NCBI GenBank assembly: GCA_009779745.1 | Contig: WRDR01000003.1 | Span: 18,544 to 82,543, forward strand | Direction of reading: 5' to 3' | DNA: 64,000 nucleotides | From: Alphaproteobacteria bacterium | GTDB taxonomy: Bacteria > Pseudomonadota > Alphaproteobacteria > UBA9219 | In this document: piece by piece, positions 42,906-53,653 of the stretch | Numbering within the stretch: position 1 is the first letter of the stretch | Layout: every line of letters begins with the position of its first letter | The notes under the pieces: model-generated | The model's input: only the letters and a program-made list of their open reading frames with translations | What the model was told of the DNA's origin: nothing | Database searches by the model: none | Program-made: the position numbers and the translations under genes

Positions 42906-43658
42906 ATGAGTCAAGGCGAGGAATCAATAGTTGTTCTGAGAAACATCTATGCCGGTGATGCTAAACAGGTCTCTGTGGCTCTGTGCAATTTGCAAAAAAA
43001 CAATAAAGTTTCTTGTTATGAAACTATTACTCCTGCTGACGGCGGTACTTATGAGGCTTCCGCAATGAGAGGGGATAACGTCTTCTTTGTTGAGCGGGAT
43101 ATCAGTACCGGTGAGTCCGGTAATGCCATATGCGGGCGGTATGAAAGCAATATTGAGTGTACTGATATTATTACAGATGCAGATATTACAGAAAAATTCC
43201 ATAACAATGCTTTAGATATAGGAGGGGATAAAATCTTCTCTGTTACACGAGACATTAGTATTCATGACGAGAATGGGGTTATTCATAAAACCGGCGTGTC
43301 TTTATGTTCTCAGCACGACAATACTTTTTACTGTACTGATATTATTAATAATAACCCGTCTTGGGGTGAGCCTCTTAATATAATGTCTTCCGGTAATGTT
43401 GGCATCAGTGATGCTGTTCCTGCTGCGGACGCTGTTACGGGTGTTCTTGCAGGTCTTCCGGTTTCTGCATTCATTCTCTCTGTCTTGGTTGGTCTTAGTA
43501 TGATGGCAGTAGTCATTCAACATGAGATGATGAAAAGGGAGATTAAAAACGCTATTAAAGAGTGCGCTGCTGCAACGAAAGAGAGTCCGAATATTCCCCC
43601 TACACACTCTTCATATTCCGTATCTTCCCGGCAAAGCCTTCTTTGTTCTCTTGTTTGA
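42906..43658 (+). CDS. Hypothetical tail-anchored membrane protein with three Cys-containing internal repeats
   Basis: 250 aa with no signal peptide. About three units of roughly 50 aa share GD.(V/I)F.V.RDIS...G....C......C(T/Y)(D/E)II. One TM segment (VTGVLAGLPVSAFILSVLVGLSMMAVVI) lies near the C-terminus. The last 59 nt overlap the convergent glmU 3' end. Confidence 0.45.
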   Translation: MSQGEESIVVLRNIYAGDAKQVSVALCNLQKNNKVSCYETITPADGGTYEASAMRGDNVFFVERDISTGESGNAICGRYESNIECTDIITDADITEKFHNNALDIGGDKIFSVTRDISIHDENGVIHKTGVSLCSQHDNTFYCTDIINNNPSWGEPLNIMSSGNVGISDAVPAADAVTGVLAGLPVSAFILSVLVGLSMMAVVIQHEMMKREIKNAIKECAAATKESPNIPPTHSSYSVSSRQSLLCSLV

Positions 43659-44925
43659 CTCTCGCAATCGCAAGGGCATTTTCCGGTACGTCTTGAGTGA
43701 TTACTGTCCCTGCTGCTATTATTGCGTTATCAGCCACGCTTACAGGAGCAACTAGGACAGTATCAGAGCCAACAGAAACGTTATCTCCTATCGTAGTCTT
43801 ATGCTTATTAAATCCGTCATAATTAGCCGTAATAGTGCCGGCTCCTATATTCGTGTTAGTCCCGATTTCAGCGTCTCCTATATACGACAGATGATTAGCT
43901 TTACTGTTGGATTTAATCTCGCTATTTTTCACCTCTACAAAATTCCCGATATGTACGTTTTTATGAATGTGTGAGCTCGGGCGTATTCTGGCAAAAGGGC
44001 CTATGACAGCATTGTTTTCAATAACCGTTCCTTCTAAATAACTAAATGCCTTAATAGTCACGTTCTCGCCTATGACTACTTTTTCTTTGATTATAACATT
44101 AGGCTCTATGACCGTGCCCTTGCCTATAACAGTGTCATGCGACAGATAAACACTATCCGGACACAACATAGTAACTCCATTTTCCATAACTGCATTCCGC
44201 AGTCTTTCCTGCATAACAGATTCTGCCATTGCCAGCTCCTTTTGAGAATTCACTCCCAGTAACTCATTTTGATTGATAAGAACGCTTGAAACTTTATCGC
44301 CTTCCGATACGCTTAGTGCTATGCAGTCAGTCAAAAAATATTCTTTCTTCTTATTGTTATTATCAATACGTTCTAAATATTTCCACAATTTTTCTGAATC
44401 AAACAACATTATTCCGCCGTTGCACAGCGTTATTTTCAGCTCTTCCTTTGAACAATCTACTGCCTCTACTATTTTCAGTATATAGCCGCTGCCGTCTTTT
44501 ACAATTCTTCCGTAACCCTCCGGAGAAGGCGTAGAAAAACATGCAACCGAGATACTTGCATTGCTGCTTTCTTTTGAGTCCACAAGAAGTTTTATAGTAT
44601 CGCTGGTTATCAAAGGAGCATCTCCGAAAGCTACTAAAACATTGCCTTTAAAATCGGAAAGAGCATCTTTCGCAGCCTTCACAGCGTCTCCGGTCCCCAG
44701 TTGTTCTTTTTGTATGGCGGTTTTATAGGGCTTTACTGCTTCGGATAATGCTTCATCACTCACTACAACTGTTATAGTATCCGCATTCGCTTCTTCGCAC
44801 GCTTTTATTACATGCGCCAGCATAGGACAGCCAGCCACACTATGCAGCACCTTGGGCAGGTCAGACTTCATTCTGGTGCCTTTTCCTGCTGCCAGTATTA
44901 CGCACGCTAATTTTCCATTTTCCAT
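43600..44925 (-). CDS. glmU: Bifunctional UDP-N-acetylglucosamine pyrophosphorylase / glucosamine-1-phosphate N-acetyltransferase
   Basis: 441 aa. ILAAGKGTRMKS, a left-handed beta-helix hexapeptide region and NYDG. The N-terminal MENGKL is encoded by the heptad repeat. Confidence 0.95.
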   Translation of the reverse strand: MENGKLACVILAAGKGTRMKSDLPKVLHSVAGCPMLAHVIKACEEANADTITVVVSDEALSEAVKPYKTAIQKEQLGTGDAVKAAKDALSDFKGNVLVAFGDAPLITSDTIKLLVDSKESSNASISVACFSTPSPEGYGRIVKDGSGYILKIVEAVDCSKEELKITLCNGGIMLFDSEKLWKYLERIDNNNKKKEYFLTDCIALSVSEGDKVSSVLINQNELLGVNSQKELAMAESVMQERLRNAVMENGVTMLCPDSVYLSHDTVIGKGTVIEPNVIIKEKVVIGENVTIKAFSYLEGTVIENNAVIGPFARIRPSSHIHKNVHIGNFVEVKNSEIKSNSKANHLSYIGDAEIGTNTNIGAGTITANYDGFNKHKTTIGDNVSVGSDTVLVAPVSVADNAIIAAGTVITQDVPENALAIARVKQENKEGFAGKIRNMKSV

Positions 44926-44929
44926 TTTT
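44909..44929. repeat. Tandem heptanucleotide repeat, GGAAAAT family (3 units, reverse orientation)
   Basis: AATTTTC CATTTTC CATTTTT read directly. It contains the glmU ATG (44923-44925) and abuts the recJ stop (44929-44931). Confidence 0.9.
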
Positions 44930-46677
44930 TACACACAAGCATCAGATATTTGAAGATTAACACTTTTATTCCCTTGCCATTCATTTATCCTTACATATCC
45001 AGCTATATGGATTTTTTCCGGTTTTTGCAATAAGATTTGTCCCAGTCCGTTCTCCATAGCCCTGAACGCAATACCTTTGAAAGACTTGCCGCCTTGCTGT
45101 ATAATGACGCTTACGTGCTTGTCTTTGACAATATCCGCTCTGATTATTCTGCAATCCGGCATTGCAAACATAGGTTCCGGATTGCCGGCTCCGAAAGGTG
45201 CCAGTATTTGCAAGCTCTCTGCAAAGTCCGGCGATATATTCGCTCCTGATATTATTCCGTCTATGTTTAAAACAGGCACTATTTTATGCTCCGATAAATG
45301 AGCCTTTATTCTTTCGTTTAAGAACTCTTTTAATTCCGGTATTTTTTCTTCGGCAACAGTAAATCCTGCCGCCATTTTATGCCCCCCTCCGTTCATAAGA
45401 ATGTTCTTTTGCTTTGCAGCTAAGATATGCTCTCCTATATTTATCCCTTTTACAGACCTGCAAGAACCTTTGCCAATTCCGTCTTTAACAGATACTACTA
45501 TAGCAGGCGCATTGTATTTTTCTTTCAGTCTGGAGGCTGTTATTCCTATTACCCCTATGTGCCAGTCCGCTGATGCCGCAAAAATTATAGCGTCCCCTTC
45601 ATCAAAAGACAGTTTATCAGCCTCTTTTAAAATATTTTCTTCTATCAGTTTTCTTTCTTCGTTGAAATCGTCCAACTCTTTAGCATATTCCCGAGCCTCA
45701 GTATCCTTATCAGCAGTCAGCAGCTTCATTCCCAAATCAGATTTTCCTATTCTGCCCCCGGCATTTATTCTGGGTCCTAATATAAATCCCATAGCATACG
45801 CATCTATATTATTACACCTAGACACCTCCGAAAGCGCATATATTCCCAAATTCTCGCGTTTTTTTGCTATCTTTAACCCTTGAGAAACCAAACATCTGTT
45901 CAATCCCGTAAGGCTGACTACGTCACATATAGTTCCTAAGGCTACTAAATCCAAAAATTCTAAAATATTCGGCTCTTTTTCGTTTTTATAATATCCGATT
46001 TTTCTTAGCTCTCTGTTCAAACCTACGACAAACAAAAAAACCACGCCGATGGCTGCTAACTGAGAGTATTCTTTTGCCTCTTCGGACTCGTCAAACCTGT
46101 TGGGATTTACAATAGCCTCTGCTTTAGGCAGTGTAATTTCCGCAGTGTGATGATCCAAAACTATTACTTTTATGCCTAGCTTATCGGCTTCTTCCACAGC
46201 CTCATGCGAACCGATTCCGCAGTCAACGCATACTATTAGTTTATATCCTTCTTTTGCAAACCTTTCTACAGAAGCCGGATTCAGTCCGTATCCTTCCTTC
46301 ATTCTGTCCGGAATATAGCAAAAAACATTCTTTGCTTTTATAACTCTGCAAAAGTTTACCAGTGTTGCGCCGGAGGTTGCGCCGTCCACATCGTAATCTC
46401 CGAATATTACGATTTTATCTCCCTTTCCTACAGCCTTTATAAAACAGTCTATTGCCTTATCCATATCTTTGAAAATACTGGGATTAGGCAGCATGTTTTT
46501 TATTCTAGGGTTTATATAGTCTTCTGCTTTATCCAAAGAAATGCCTCTGGCGTTGATACTTGCAGCAACAGCATAATCAATATTAAACCTCTGAGAAATA
46601 GCCTCTGCGGTTTTAGAGTCATATTCCCGTGCTTCCCAGCGTTTGCCGCTGGCAGAGTGTTCAACTCCTAACATCAC
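44929..46677 (-). CDS. recJ: Single-stranded-DNA-specific exonuclease RecJ
   Basis: 582 aa. DHH motifs (IFGDYDVDGATS, VDCG, LDHH) and a DHHA1 domain (GGGHKMAAG). Confidence 0.95.
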   Translation of the reverse strand: MMLGVEHSASGKRWEAREYDSKTAEAISQRFNIDYAVAASINARGISLDKAEDYINPRIKNMLPNPSIFKDMDKAIDCFIKAVGKGDKIVIFGDYDVDGATSGATLVNFCRVIKAKNVFCYIPDRMKEGYGLNPASVERFAKEGYKLIVCVDCGIGSHEAVEEADKLGIKVIVLDHHTAEITLPKAEAIVNPNRFDESEEAKEYSQLAAIGVVFLFVVGLNRELRKIGYYKNEKEPNILEFLDLVALGTICDVVSLTGLNRCLVSQGLKIAKKRENLGIYALSEVSRCNNIDAYAMGFILGPRINAGGRIGKSDLGMKLLTADKDTEAREYAKELDDFNEERKLIEENILKEADKLSFDEGDAIIFAASADWHIGVIGITASRLKEKYNAPAIVVSVKDGIGKGSCRSVKGINIGEHILAAKQKNILMNGGGHKMAAGFTVAEEKIPELKEFLNERIKAHLSEHKIVPVLNIDGIISGANISPDFAESLQILAPFGAGNPEPMFAMPDCRIIRADIVKDKHVSVIIQQGGKSFKGIAFRAMENGLGQILLQKPEKIHIAGYVRINEWQGNKSVNLQISDACV

Positions 46678-48648
46678 CTATATAGACCTCACCTTGACAT
46701 AGCTTCCCGGAGAATCTTCTATACCGTCTTTAACTTCTCTGCCTTCAATTTGCTCTCCGGAATATTGTGCAAGCCACTTAATCCATTCAGGCCACCAAGA
46801 GCCTTTATGCGGCTCTGCTTTCTCAAGCCAAATATCCGGATCCTCTTCCAGATTATCATTCGTCCAATACCCATACTTATTGTTTTCCGGCGGATTGATA
46901 ACGCCGGCTATGTGTCCGGAACCTGCCAGTACGAACTTCTTGGGTCCTTGATATATCTTGGAAGCCGCATACGTAGAACGCCACGGGGCTATGTGGTCTT
47001 CTCTGGTAGCCAGCATGAACGTAGGCGTTGTTATAGTAGTCAAATCTATAGGAATATCCTTCATAGTCAATGCGTCCGGCACTATTAATCTGTTGTTCAG
47101 ATACATCATTCTGAGATAGTAGCTCTGCATTGCCGCAGGCAGATTAGTAGAATCCGCATTCCAGTACAGTACATCAAACGGATAGGGTTCTTTGCCCAGC
47201 AGATAATTATTTATGACGTAAGGCCATATCAAATCATTAGAACGCAGCAGATTGAAAGTCATAAACAAGCTGTTAGCGTCCAGATACCCGAGTTTAGCCA
47301 TTCTTTCTTCTAAGAGAGTTATTTGTTCATCATCTATGAAAACGCTGATGTCTCCGGGCTGGGCAAAGTCGATTAGCGTAACCAGATACGTAGCACTGTT
47401 AATCTTAGGCAATGTAACATCTTTCTTAGGAGAGACATTTATATAAGCTTGAGTAATTGCCAAGAGAGTGCCTCCGATACAATACCCTAAAACATTGACC
47501 TCGTTTTCTCCGGTACGGTTCTTGATGAAGCGCATTGCTTCTAAGGCTCCTGTCTCCATATAGTCTTCAAACTGGGTTAGCGCAAAGGTTCTGTCCGGGT
47601 TTGCCCAAGATATGCAGAAAACAGTATGCCCTTGAGAAACCAAATATCTTATGAAAGAATTTTTCTCTCTTAAATCCAGAACATAGTACTTGTTAATCCA
47701 AGGAGGTATAATCAAAAACGGAGTCTTATGGACAGTAGGAGTAGAAGGAGAAAACTGAATAAGCTGCATGAGTTTATTTTGGTATACTACTTTGCCCGGA
47801 GTCATCGCCAGAGTCTTGCCCAGCTGAAACGCATTGTAGTTGCTCATCTTTATGCGCAGCATACCGCGCCCGTTTTCTATGTCTTGGAGCAGATTTTTGA
47901 GACCTCTGATTAAGTTCTCGCCTTTTGTTTTCAGAGTCTCTTTCAGTACTTCCGGATTAGTCATCCAGAAATTATTAGGAGCGGTCGCATCAAGAAACAG
48001 CCTTGTATAGAACTCTATTTTTTTCGCCGTCTTTTGTTCTATGTTGGAAACTTCCATTTGAACCAAGCGTCTAGCCTCTTCAGTTGCAGAGAGATACGAC
48101 TGCTTCATAAAGTCAAAGACCCAATTAGTCTGCCAGTCCTTAGCCTTAAATCGTTTATCCTGCGCATCTTCTTTAATGATAGGCTTTGTTGTCAATCCCT
48201 GCATTCGCATGAAAGTAGCCCTTGTAAGATCTATGGAATGCTGCCAATACGCAAGCTGAACCTCGGCATACCTTTCCGGGTCTTCCACAATCTTGCTTGC
48301 AAACGTAGACATGGAATCCATAATGGGAGCAAGATTAAATTTAGGCAGCTCCATGGGCTCGTTTTTAGTTCTTACTATATAGTCAATTATGAGTTTTTGC
48401 CCTTCCTGAGCTACATGCATGAGTATCTGCAGCCACTCTATGACATCGAAATTGAGCTCGAATTCCTCGGGTGCGGGCTCTTGGGGAGCGGCAGCCTGCT
48501 CTTTATTTTGCGGCTGCGGGGCCTCTTCTTTCTTGCTTTCAGGCTTTTCCGCTGCGGCATTAGTCTTGCGCAGACGCTCTTCCATAGCCTCTTTCAGAGC
48601 ACTAAGAGCAGCCATAGAATCCATTGTAGAGTTGTTTTTATCGCTCAT
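46678..48648 (-). CDS. phaC: Class I poly(R)-hydroxyalkanoate synthase
   Basis: 656 aa with lipase-box LGYCIGG. PLLIIPPWINKYYVLDL-type motif (FLIIPPWINKYYVLDL) and a GHIAG C-terminal region. Confidence 0.9.
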   Translation of the reverse strand: MSDKNNSTMDSMAALSALKEAMEERLRKTNAAAEKPESKKEEAPQPQNKEQAAAPQEPAPEEFELNFDVIEWLQILMHVAQEGQKLIIDYIVRTKNEPMELPKFNLAPIMDSMSTFASKIVEDPERYAEVQLAYWQHSIDLTRATFMRMQGLTTKPIIKEDAQDKRFKAKDWQTNWVFDFMKQSYLSATEEARRLVQMEVSNIEQKTAKKIEFYTRLFLDATAPNNFWMTNPEVLKETLKTKGENLIRGLKNLLQDIENGRGMLRIKMSNYNAFQLGKTLAMTPGKVVYQNKLMQLIQFSPSTPTVHKTPFLIIPPWINKYYVLDLREKNSFIRYLVSQGHTVFCISWANPDRTFALTQFEDYMETGALEAMRFIKNRTGENEVNVLGYCIGGTLLAITQAYINVSPKKDVTLPKINSATYLVTLIDFAQPGDISVFIDDEQITLLEERMAKLGYLDANSLFMTFNLLRSNDLIWPYVINNYLLGKEPYPFDVLYWNADSTNLPAAMQSYYLRMMYLNNRLIVPDALTMKDIPIDLTTITTPTFMLATREDHIAPWRSTYAASKIYQGPKKFVLAGSGHIAGVINPPENNKYGYWTNDNLEEDPDIWLEKAEPHKGSWWPEWIKWLAQYSGEQIEGREVKDGIEDSPGSYVKVRSI

Positions 48649-48786
48649 GAGAGATACACCTTAAAGATAATGATTTCCATAGAGCATAACGGCAATTTAT
48701 TAACGTATGGTTTTTTTTTAATATTATCGTAATATATTTTGGCGATTCTTAAAAAATATATGATAAATCAATGATGAGAAACAAAA

Positions 48787-49125
48787 ATGAATATCAAAAG
48801 GCTGATTATAATACCGCTGCTAAGCATCTTATTTATTTCCTGTTCGAGCGAACAGAGCATACAAGCTCCGAGAATTCCTAGGGTTTTCAGCCATGACCAA
48901 GTGCCGGACGAGGTAAAAAATAAGCCTATGATTGTAAATGTTGATAAGAACACAGATGACTCGTGGCCTCGACTGGGAGATGTTCCGGGAAAACCGAAAG
49001 ATTTCCCTACAAAGGCTCAGTACAATCAGGAAATGGACGATTTAATGGCGACTCGCTTAGAGGCTGAAATGCTGAAAGAGCAGTTCGATTTTGAACAATT
49101 AGAGTCTAAAGAAATACTTGAATAA
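48787..49125 (+). CDS. Hypothetical lipoprotein upstream of nuoA
   Basis: 112 aa with lipobox LFISC after a signal peptide. The mature part is acidic. I recognise no family. Confidence 0.5.
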   Translation: MNIKRLIIIPLLSILFISCSSEQSIQAPRIPRVFSHDQVPDEVKNKPMIVNVDKNTDDSWPRLGDVPGKPKDFPTKAQYNQEMDDLMATRLEAEMLKEQFDFEQLESKEILE

Positions 49126-49182
49126 TTCTGATGTCCTGTTATCCTTATGTGCAATCGATTAACTCCTTGACAGATTCTGAAT

Positions 49183-49551
49183 ATGATAAACGATATAGCA
49201 GTTGAATATCTGCCTATAGTATTGTTCATAGGCATCGCCTTCGTAGTCTCTTGCGCTGCCGTTGCTATATCTTTTCTGATTGCAAAACAGAAGCCGTATG
49301 CTCAGAAAAATATCTCTTACGAGTGCGGTTTTCCTCCGGAAGGCGATACTAAGAGGAGATTCGGTGTAAAATATTATCTTATAGCTATTTTATTCATAGT
49401 CTTTGATCTCGAAATAGCCTTCCTGTTCCCTTGGGCTTTGGTTCTTGCTGAGATAGGCGCAGCTGCATTTTTTTCTATGATGATATTTTTATTAGTACTC
49501 GCTGTCGGCTTTGCGTATGAGTGGAAAAAAGGGGCTTTAGAGTGGGAATAA
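49183..49551 (+). CDS. nuoA: NADH-quinone oxidoreductase subunit A
   Basis: 122 aa, 3 [29 protein letters not shown]. Confidence 0.95.
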   Translation: MINDIAVEYLPIVLFIGIAFVVSCAAVAISFLIAKQKPYAQKNISYECGFPPEGDTKRRFGVKYYLIAILFIVFDLEIAFLFPWALVLAEIGAAAFFSMMIFLLVLAVGFAYEWKKGALEWE

Positions 49552-50117
49552 TCAGTCTACATGAGCTTAATTCGCCGAATATTTCAGATGTTAAACCGCC
49601 TCTGCTGCAAGATGCGCTGGTTACTAAGCTTGCCGAAGAAACAAGGGATAAAGGTATATTACTCGCAAAGTTGGACGATCTTCTTACTTGGGCAAGAACC
49701 GGCTCCATGTGGCCTATGACTTTCGGGCTTGCGTGCTGCGGCATAGAGATGATACATGCTTTCATGAGCAGGTATGATTTAGATCGATACGGCATGATGC
49801 CCCGCTCTTCACCAAGACAGGCCGATGTCATGATAGTTGCCGGAACCGTCACTAATAAAATGGCTCCTGCCTTACGGCTCTTGTATGACCAAATGCCGGA
49901 GCCCAGATACGTCATATCTATGGGAAGCTGCGCCAACGGAGGCGGTTATTATTATTACTCTTATTCCGTTGTAAGAGGCTGTGACAAGATAATTCCGGTT
50001 GATATATACATTCCGGGCTGTCCTCCTTCCGCGGAAGCTTTGGTCTATGGACTCATGCAGCTTCAGCGGCGGGTGCGCTCTGAGAATGCTAACAAAAAGG
50101 TGATACTAAAAACGTAA
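49521..50117 (+). CDS. nuoB: NADH-quinone oxidoreductase subunit B
   Basis: [17 protein letters not shown], the [10 protein letters not shown] region, [10 protein letters not shown] and IPGCPP (N2 cluster ligands). The exact start is uncertain because it overlaps the nuoA end. Confidence 0.95.
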   Translation: MEKRGFRVGIISLHELNSPNISDVKPPLLQDALVTKLAEETRDKGILLAKLDDLLTWARTGSMWPMTFGLACCGIEMIHAFMSRYDLDRYGMMPRSSPRQADVMIVAGTVTNKMAPALRLLYDQMPEPRYVISMGSCANGGGYYYYSYSVVRGCDKIIPVDIYIPGCPPSAEALVYGLMQLQRRVRSENANKKVILKT

Positions 50118-50135
50118 TAGGTTGGAGTATATTTC

Positions 50136-50696
50136 ATGTTTTCCATAGAAGAGGCTAGGAAGCATTTATCGGACGAGATAGGCGATAAGGTTTTAGAATT
50201 CAACATAGAAAAAGATACTCTGGTTGTTTCTGTGCCAAGGATAGCTATTGCTGAGGTTTTATCCAAATTAAAAAGCTCATCAATACTGAAAATGGAGCAG
50301 CTCATAAGCATTTGCGGCGCAGACTACCCCACGGAAATAGAACGTTTCGTTATTGTTTATAATTTGCTTAGTCTGTCTAATAATTTTCGCCTGCTTATCA
50401 AAGTGAGTACTGATGCTGTCTCTCCGGTGCCTTCGGTTTTCAGTATTTACAAAGCTGCCGTGTGGTACGAGCGCGAGGTTTGGGATATGTTCGGAGTCAT
50501 GTTTTCCAATAACCCGGACATGCGGCGAATTCTAACGGATTATGAGTTCGAGGGGTACCCTCTGCGTAAAGATTTTCCTCTAAGCGGACATATGGAAGTA
50601 CAATACGATGAAAAACTGGGTAAAGTTGTGTATGTTCCTGTTGTGCTGGAACAGGACTATAGAGAATATGATACTTTGAGCAATTGTGAGGCTTAA
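50136..50696 (+). CDS. nuoC: NADH-quinone oxidoreductase subunit C
   Basis: 186 aa. [41 protein letters not shown]. Confidence 0.95.
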   Translation: MFSIEEARKHLSDEIGDKVLEFNIEKDTLVVSVPRIAIAEVLSKLKSSSILKMEQLISICGADYPTEIERFVIVYNLLSLSNNFRLLIKVSTDAVSPVPSVFSIYKAAVWYEREVWDMFGVMFSNNPDMRRILTDYEFEGYPLRKDFPLSGHMEVQYDEKLGKVVYVPVVLEQDYREYDTLSNCEA

Positions 50697-50700
50697 GCAG

Positions 50701-51903
50701 ATGAGTGCTGTTGAAAAAGATATTGAAGAAGAGCGGAAACTTAAGCCTTTTTTAATCAATTTCGGACCTCAGCACCCTGCGGCGCACGGAGTCTTGCGCA
50801 TGATTTTAGAAATGGACGGAGAGATAATAGAAAGAGCAGATCCTCATATAGGACTGCTGCATAGAGGAACCGAGAAACTGATAGAGCATAAGACGTATCT
50901 GCAATCAATACCGTATTTTGACAGAATGGATTACATAGCTCCGTTAAGTCAGGAGTATGCGTTTGTGCTGGCAATTGAGAAATTACTAGGAGTAGAGCCT
51001 GCATTAAGAGGACAGTATATAAGAGTTTTATATTCTGAAATTACTAGGATACTGAATCATATATTCTGCATTACGACTTGCGCTTTGGATTTAGGAGCTG
51101 TTACGCCTACGCTTTGGGGGTTTGAACAGAGAGAGATACTCATGGAGTTTTATGAACGTGTCGGCGGAGCCAGAATGCACACGAACTATTTCCGTGTCGG
51201 CGGAGTGAAGGAAGATTTGCCTGACGGCTTGATTGAAGATATATACGCATGGGCTGTTAAATTTCCTAAGTTCATAGATGATTTAGAAGGGCTCCTTACA
51301 AATAACCGTATTTTCAGGCAAAGGACTGTGGGCATAGCAATTGCCAGCAAGGAACAGGCAGTAGAGTGGGGCTTTTCCGGTCCTATGCTGCGCGCTTCCG
51401 GAGTAGCTTGGGATTTACGCAAGATGCAGCCTTATGATGTATACGCACAGATGAAATTTGATGTGCCTGTCGGACAGACCGGAGATTGTTTTGCGCGGTA
51501 TCTGGTGCGGATAAACGAGATGCGGCAGTCTCTAAAGATAATCATGCAGTGCATAGAAAAAATGCCCTTCGGAAGCGTAATGTGCGATGATTTAAGAGTA
51601 GCTCCTCCTAAGAGGGCCGAGATACAAACATCTATGGAGAGCATGATACGTCATTTCAAATTGTACTCTGAAGGCTTCCATGTTCCTAAAGGAGAGACCT
51701 ATACTGCGGTTGAGAGTCCTAAAGGAGAGTTCGGAGTTTATCTGGTGGCGGACGGTTCCAATAAGCCGTACAGATGTCATGTGAGATCTACGGGATTTGC
51801 GCACTTACAGGCAGTGAATGAAATATCAAAAGGATATATGCTGGCGGACGTAGTGGCGTTAATAGGAAGTCTTGATCTTGTTTTCGGAGAGGTGGACAGA
51901 TGA
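50701..51903 (+). CDS. nuoD: NADH-quinone oxidoreductase subunit D
   Basis: [25 protein letters not shown] and the C-terminal [12 protein letters not shown]. The track ORF starts at GTG 50686. I prefer the ATG at 50701, just after the nuoC stop. Confidence 0.95.
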   Translation: MSAVEKDIEEERKLKPFLINFGPQHPAAHGVLRMILEMDGEIIERADPHIGLLHRGTEKLIEHKTYLQSIPYFDRMDYIAPLSQEYAFVLAIEKLLGVEPALRGQYIRVLYSEITRILNHIFCITTCALDLGAVTPTLWGFEQREILMEFYERVGGARMHTNYFRVGGVKEDLPDGLIEDIYAWAVKFPKFIDDLEGLLTNNRIFRQRTVGIAIASKEQAVEWGFSGPMLRASGVAWDLRKMQPYDVYAQMKFDVPVGQTGDCFARYLVRINEMRQSLKIIMQCIEKMPFGSVMCDDLRVAPPKRAEIQTSMESMIRHFKLYSEGFHVPKGETYTAVESPKGEFGVYLVADGSNKPYRCHVRSTGFAHLQAVNEISKGYMLADVVALIGSLDLVFGEVDR

Positions 51904-52391
51904 CGTTTCAATTTACTCCTGAAAATATGAAAGAGGCTAAAGCTATAATTGCAAAATATCCTAAAGGCAGACAGCTTAGCGCATTAATTCCTTTACTGGA
52001 CTTAGCGCAGAGGCAGAACGGCAATTGGTTATCCGAAGAAGCCATGAATTACGCAGCGGATATGCTTCAGGTGCCCAGAATCCGCGCATATGAGGCGGCT
52101 ACTTTTTACACTATGTTTAATCTCAAGCCCGTAGGAAAGCATCTGCTGCAAGTGTGTACCAGTATACCATGCGGAATGTGCGGAGCTGCTCAAGTGCTGA
52201 AAACCTGCAAAGACAGGCTGGGCATCAATGCCGGAGAGACTACGAAAGACGGACTGTTTTCTATAGTAGAGGTGGAGTGTTTAGGTGCCTGCATACATGC
52301 ACCTGTAGTGGCAATCAATGATGATTATAACGAGAAATTATCATCAAAGAAAATGACTGCAATAATAGATAAGTTGGAAAAAGAATGCTGA
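51900..52391 (+). CDS. nuoE: NADH-quinone oxidoreductase subunit E
   Basis: 163 aa with 2Fe-2S ligand pattern [11 protein letters not shown]...ECLGAC. Confidence 0.95.
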   Translation: MTFQFTPENMKEAKAIIAKYPKGRQLSALIPLLDLAQRQNGNWLSEEAMNYAADMLQVPRIRAYEAATFYTMFNLKPVGKHLLQVCTSIPCGMCGAAQVLKTCKDRLGINAGETTKDGLFSIVEVECLGACIHAPVVAINDDYNEKLSSKKMTAIIDKLEKEC

Positions 52392-53653
52392 TTGATAAGG
52401 ATAAAATATTTACTAATCTTCAAGGAAAGGGGGCCTCTGATTTGAGAAGCTCGCGGAGCAGAGGTATTTGGAATAACACTGGTAAGATTATCGGCAAAGG
52501 GCAGGCATGGATTATCAATGAAGTAAAGAAATCAGAAATAAGAGGCAGAGGCGGAGCTGGTTTTCCTACCGGAGTGAAATGGTCGTTTATACAGAATCCG
52601 AATATTGATCCAGACCTGCCCAGATACTTCATAGTCAATGCAGACGAAGGAGAACCCGGAACATGCAAGGACAGGGATATACTAAGATATGAGCCACACA
52701 GGCTGCTGGAAGGAGTTCTTATATCTGCTTTTGCCATAGGAGCCCATACGGCATACATATATATAAGGGGCGAGTACGCAAACGAGGCAAAGATACTCCA
52801 AAAAGCGATTAATGAGGCATATTCCAAGAGATTATTAGGAAAAAATGCAGCAGGTTCCGGCTGGGATTGCGATGTATACATACACAGAGGCATGGGCGGA
52901 TACATATGCGGAGAAGAGACTGCTCTTATTGAAAGCTTGGAAGGCAAAAAAGGACTGCCTAGGAATAAGCCTCCGTATCCTGTTCAGGCAGGGCTGTACT
53001 CGTGTCCTACTATGGTCAACAATGTAGAAACTGTTTCAACAATACCGGAGATTTTAAGAAGAGGAGCCTCATGGTTTGCTTCTATCGGAAGACATAAAAA
53101 TACAGGGACTAAGATATTTTCTATTTCCGGGTGCGTAAATAAACCCTGCAACGTAGAAGAAGCTATGGGCATTCCATTAAAAGAACTCATAGAAAAACAT
53201 GCAGGAGGAGTTACCGGAGGCTGGGATAATTTGCTGGCAGTCATTCCGGGAGGTGCTTCTACTGAAGTTCTTCCTAAGAGTATTTGCAATATAGTGACAA
53301 TGGATTTTGATGATTTATGTTCCCTGCACTCTGCTTTGGGGACAGGAGGAGTCATTGTAATGGATTCTTCCGTAGACGTAGTCGCCGCAGTCTTCCGTCT
53401 AAGCCTTTTCTATAAGCATGAAAGCTGCGGGCAATGTACTCCGTGCAGAGAGGGCATTGGTTGGATTTCCAGAATTATGCAAAAAATACTAAGAGGACAG
53501 GCTGGTCTTAGGGACATTGATTTGTTAGAGGATTTGATTAAACAAATACCTGATGAAACTATTTGTGCATTTGCAGCCGGGGCTGCCTCACCTATACAGG
53601 GGCTGCTTCGTCATTTCAGACCGCTTATGCTGGAAAGGATTAAGAGATTATGA
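52385..53653 (+). CDS. nuoF: NADH-quinone oxidoreductase subunit F
   Basis: [28 protein letters not shown] and [12 protein letters not shown]. Confidence 0.95.
   Translation: MLIDKDKIFTNLQGKGASDLRSSRSRGIWNNTGKIIGKGQAWIINEVKKSEIRGRGGAGFPTGVKWSFIQNPNIDPDLPRYFIVNADEGEPGTCKDRDILRYEPHRLLEGVLISAFAIGAHTAYIYIRGEYANEAKILQKAINEAYSKRLLGKNAAGSGWDCDVYIHRGMGGYICGEETALIESLEGKKGLPRNKPPYPVQAGLYSCPTMVNNVETVSTIPEILRRGASWFASIGRHKNTGTKIFSISGCVNKPCNVEEAMGIPLKELIEKHAGGVTGGWDNLLAVIPGGASTEVLPKSICNIVTMDFDDLCSLHSALGTGGVIVMDSSVDVVAAVFRLSLFYKHESCGQCTPCREGIGWISRIMQKILRGQAGLRDIDLLEDLIKQIPDETICAFAAGAASPIQGLLRHFRPLMLERIKRL

Noticed and set aside
49167-49172. Exact TTGACA hexamer upstream of nuoA as the nuo promoter -35
   Set aside because: It lies only 10 nt from the nuoA ATG, too close to serve as a -35 element for that start. 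No matching -10 sits at a proper distance.
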